A DNA stretch of 23,240 nucleotides from Promethearchaeota archaeon (GTDB lineage: Archaea > Asgardarchaeota > Lokiarchaeia > Sigyniarchaeales > SOKP01), in contig JAHLWH010000083.1 of assembly GCA_019058015.1 (NCBI GenBank), positions 1 through 23,240 on the forward strand. The letters run 5' to 3'. The notes beneath the pieces were generated by a model, which saw only the letters and a list, made by a program, of their open reading frames with translations, was not told the origin of the DNA and did not search any database. Positions within the stretch are counted from its first letter, which is position 1. Each line of letters starts with the position of its first letter. Below, piece by piece: positions 20,020-23,240 of the stretch. The position numbers and the translations under genes are program-made.

Positions 20020-20294
20020 AATACTATTTTTAAATTACTTTGATCTTAAAAACATAAATGATGATAGTTAAAAAAAATTTAATTAGAAAGAATAAATTAA
20101 TTTTAATAAATTCATTAAACTGTTATTATGATGCAATTTTATTAAAAAGATAAATAGAACTTTAATTTTAATTAAAAAAGCTCAAAATATTTATTCTGAA
20201 AATATTTTTAAAAGACTTTAATAATTATATTTTTTTAATTTAACTAAAATGCAATAAATTATATATAAATAAATTAAGTTATAAGTGAAAATAT

Positions 20295-21545
20295 GTGCTA
20301 ATCGGTGTAGTAGGGAAATTATTTTAGAATATTTATATAAAAAGATTCTAATTTAACCCTAAACCTTCTTCCGGTAAAAGTACATTCTTAAATAGTGCTT
20401 GTTTAACTCATGCTAAAGTTGGAGATTATCCCTTTACAACTATCGATCCTAATAAAGGAATAGGATATGTTAAAAAACCGTGTGTATGCAAAGAATTAAA
20501 TGTTAAGGATAATCCTAAGAATTCAAAATGTATAGAACAAATTCGTTTTATTCCTATTCAATTATTAGATGTAGCTGGTTTAGTTCCAGGAGCTCATGAA
20601 GGGAAGGGGCTTGGGAATAGATTTTTGAGTGATTTAAGCCGAGCAGATATACTATTACATATTATTGATATTACTGGATCTTTGGATGCGAATGGAAATA
20701 CAGTAGAGTCAGGGTCCCATGATCCTTATAAAGATATAATGTTTTTAGAAGACGAAATAAATTTATGGTTTAAAGGAATTATTGAAAGAGAGGATTGGGA
20801 AAAATTCTCAAGGAGAGTTATTAAGGGGAGGAATGAGCTTATTGAAGCATTGTATCAAAGATTATCTGGATTATCTATTAAAAAGAATGATATAGAGAAA
20901 TCAATTGAAAAATCTAATTTAGATGGAAAGCCAATATCTGAATGGGATAAAGCAGAACTAAATATTTTTTCAAAATTTCTTAGAGAAATCTCTAAACCGA
21001 TAATAATAATTGCTAATAAAATTGATAAAGAGATTGGTATAAAAAAAATGGATGAGCTAAAGAAAAAATATAAAAAAAAAATTATTCCATGCAGCGCTTT
21101 AGCAGAATTAATTCTTAGGAAATATAATAAGGAAGGTATTATCAAATATATGCCTGGTGATACTGATTTTATTATAATTAAAAAAAAGAATCTAAAAGAA
21201 AATGAATTGGAAACTCTAGAAAAGATTAGAGAAAAATTATTACAGGGAATTGGAGGTACAGGAGTTCAAAAAACATTAAATTATGCAGTATTTTCTTTAT
21301 TAAACCAAATTACTGTATATCCTGTTGCAAATTTAAATACTTTATCAGATAAAGATGGAAATGTACTCCCTGATGTCTTTTTAATTAGAAAAGGAATAAA
21401 ATTACGGGAATTTATTAGAGAAAAAATTCATACTGACTTAGCAAAACATTTTATTTACGGAATGGAGGTAAAATCGAAAATGAAATTAGGAGAGAATTAT
21501 TTTTTAAAAGATAATGATGTGATAAAAATTTTTTCAGCAAAATGA
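20295..21545 (+). CDS. Ygr210/Obg-like GTPase with C-terminal TGS-like domain, interrupted by a 45-nt intervening sequence (exons 20295..20317 and 20363..21545)
   Basis: GTG 20295 begins (M)LIGVVGK, followed by 45 nt carrying two in-frame stops. Then PSSGKSTFLNSA...VGDYPFTTIDPNKG...DVAGLVPGAHEGKGLGNRFLSDL runs in frame with ORF 20625..21545. Deleting 20318-20362 gives the Walker A GVVGKPSSGKST. Confidence 0.75.
20318..20362 (+). other. Candidate bulge-helix-bulge (BHB-like) intron inside a protein-coding gene
   Basis: The central 4-bp helix is AGGG (20312-15) paired with CCCT (20357-60). Each strand continues into an AAA bulge (20316-18 and 20361-63). The inner helix pairs 20319-21 with 20354-56, 20324-30 with 20345-51, and 20332-34 with 20341-43, closing a 6-nt loop. 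The outer exon-exon helix is weak. Splice positions (2 nt into each bulge) restore the reading frame exactly. Confidence 0.6.
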
Positions 21546-21554
21546 TTAGAATAG

Positions 21555-21674
21555 TTATTCTGAACGAGATGTTAAGGCAATGTATATCAAAATAAAAATT
21601 AATAAAATAACGCCCATAAGATTTATAATGAATTCATAAGTAGTTCCATCGATCCCAGGAATTTGAATTAACAT
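21555..21674 (-). CDS. Possible 39-aa small membrane protein
   Basis: ATG ORF encoding MLIQIPGIDGTTYEFIINLMGVILLIFILIYIALTSRSE, with one hydrophobic helix. It was not in the supplied ORF track and is weakly supported. Confidence 0.2.
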   Translation of the reverse strand: MLIQIPGIDGTTYEFIINLMGVILLIFILIYIALTSRSE

Positions 21675-21840
21675 AATACACAACTAAATTCTAATGAAAT
21701 TGATTATTTTTATAATTTTAATTTTCTATTTTATTAAAATTTTTTTAAGTGAAGTTTAAATATTTCTATGTTAATTTAATAGAAAAATAAAATAACATTT
21801 TTCTAACAACTCTTATATGAAAAATAAGGTTTAATAAAAA

Positions 21841-22269
21841 ATGTATAATAAAATCACAAATTATGATGAGATATATAAAATATTAGAAAGTTTATTTAAT
21901 CCTCAAAGCACAAAATTTAAAATTATTTTAGGAACAGAGGAAGGTTTAATTTTTTTTTCAAACATAAAAACGGGAGAAAAATTAATTGCATCTTTTAAAA
22001 AAATTTTAGATATTTTTTATTCAATTAACTATAAACAATTATATTTATTGAAAAAATTAATAATTCAAACAAATAATATGTATTCAATAATATTTCCTTT
22101 AAGCATTAATGTTGAAAAATATATTGTTTGGATTGAGTTTCCAAAAGGATTCTCAAGCAGGAAATGTATGATTAAAGCAGAAAATATAATAAAAAAAATA
22201 AAAGGTCTATTTTATATGAATTCAATAAAAAAAATGGACCTGACGGGAATTGAACCCGTGACCTCTTGA
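21841..22269 (+). CDS. Hypothetical protein, possibly Roadblock/LC7-like
   Basis: 142-aa ORF. The segment KIILGTEEGLIFFSN...LIIQTNNMYSIIFPL resembles Roadblock/LC7. The last ~35 nt overlap tRNA-Ala on the opposite strand, so the C-terminal residues (DLTGIEPVTS) are read-through of tRNA sequence. Confidence 0.4.
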   Translation: MYNKITNYDEIYKILESLFNPQSTKFKIILGTEEGLIFFSNIKTGEKLIASFKKILDIFYSINYKQLYLLKKLIIQTNNMYSIIFPLSINVEKYIVWIEFPKGFSSRKCMIKAENIIKKIKGLFYMNSIKKMDLTGIEPVTS

Positions 22270-22372
22270 ACTCTTGGCCTCTTGAATGAAAATCAATCAA
22301 GCTAACGTGCAAGTCAAGCCTAAGTTTGAGTGCGAGACCGAACCCAATGATCTTCCACTGATCTACAGGCCC
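22235..22372 (-). tRNA. tRNA-Ala(TGC) with two introns (22320..22348 at position 25/26; 22271..22307 canonical 37/38)
   Basis: Acceptor is GGGCCTG/CAGGTCC, including the G3:U70 alanine identity pair, with discriminator A. D arm is GATC-AGTGGAA-GATC. Anticodon stem is CTTGA/TCAAG and the loop is CTTGCA|T. Variable loop is AGGTC. T arm is ACGGG-TTCAATT-CCCGT. The canonical intron has CTTG/CAAG exon-intron pairing. The first intron has a TTGGG/CTCAA inner helix and a 3-of-4-bp central helix. Confidence 0.8.
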
Positions 22373-22499
22373 TTATATTTCATATTACTTTAATATGTTC
22401 TTATTATTTAAAATTAATTTAAAAAAGTTTTTTAATTTTAACAAGAAGATTTGATATCAATTTCCCTAAAAGGATTTAAAAAAGATTAAGATAAATAAA

Positions 22500-23240
<741 letters not shown>

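Noticed and set aside
22271-22300. Duplicated TTCAAGAGG motif near the 3' half of tRNA-Ala as a third intron
   Set aside because: No exon-intron helix can be formed. One copy belongs to the canonical intron's 3' end and the other to the anticodon stem/variable loop, so the two-intron model already explains it.

Overview
This is a strongly AT-rich archaeal chromosomal window. GC-rich islands mark the structural RNAs. The gene content suggests an Asgard (Lokiarchaeia-like) archaeon; this is inference only, with no database search. That content is a thermosome, multi-OB-fold RPA, aSUI1, Tsr3, the archaeal 16S 3' end, a Rab-like small GTPase, Roadblock/LC7-like proteins and a RING-like zinc finger. 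Housekeeping genes are intact: HisA/HisF-family barrel, RPA, PfkB kinase, Pcm, SUI1, Tsr3 and thermosome. Four points stand out. (1) A Ygr210/Obg-like GTPase has its Walker A coding sequence interrupted by a 45-nt stop-containing insert. The insert folds by eye into a bulge-helix-bulge-like (BHB-like) motif, and its removal restores GVVGKPSSGKST exactly, so it is a candidate archaeal intron in a protein-coding gene. (2) All four tRNA genes (Asn, Glu, Leu, Ala) carry introns, six in total, and four of these are at non-canonical D-arm positions. (3) Two inverted paralogous copies of a Lys/Glu-rich tandem-repeat protein share homologous upstream sequence. Each is followed by a different decayed nuclease gene: one is a 5x zinc-ribbon plus PD-(D/E)XK-like nuclease, the other a GIY-YIG homing-endonuclease-like gene abutting tRNA-Asn. 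(4) An orphan HerA/FtsK-like P-loop ATPase has 3 predicted TM helices and a long C-terminal extension of unknown function. The right edge carries a partial 16S rRNA followed by tRNA-Ala, with no 23S in the adjoining 22 kb.
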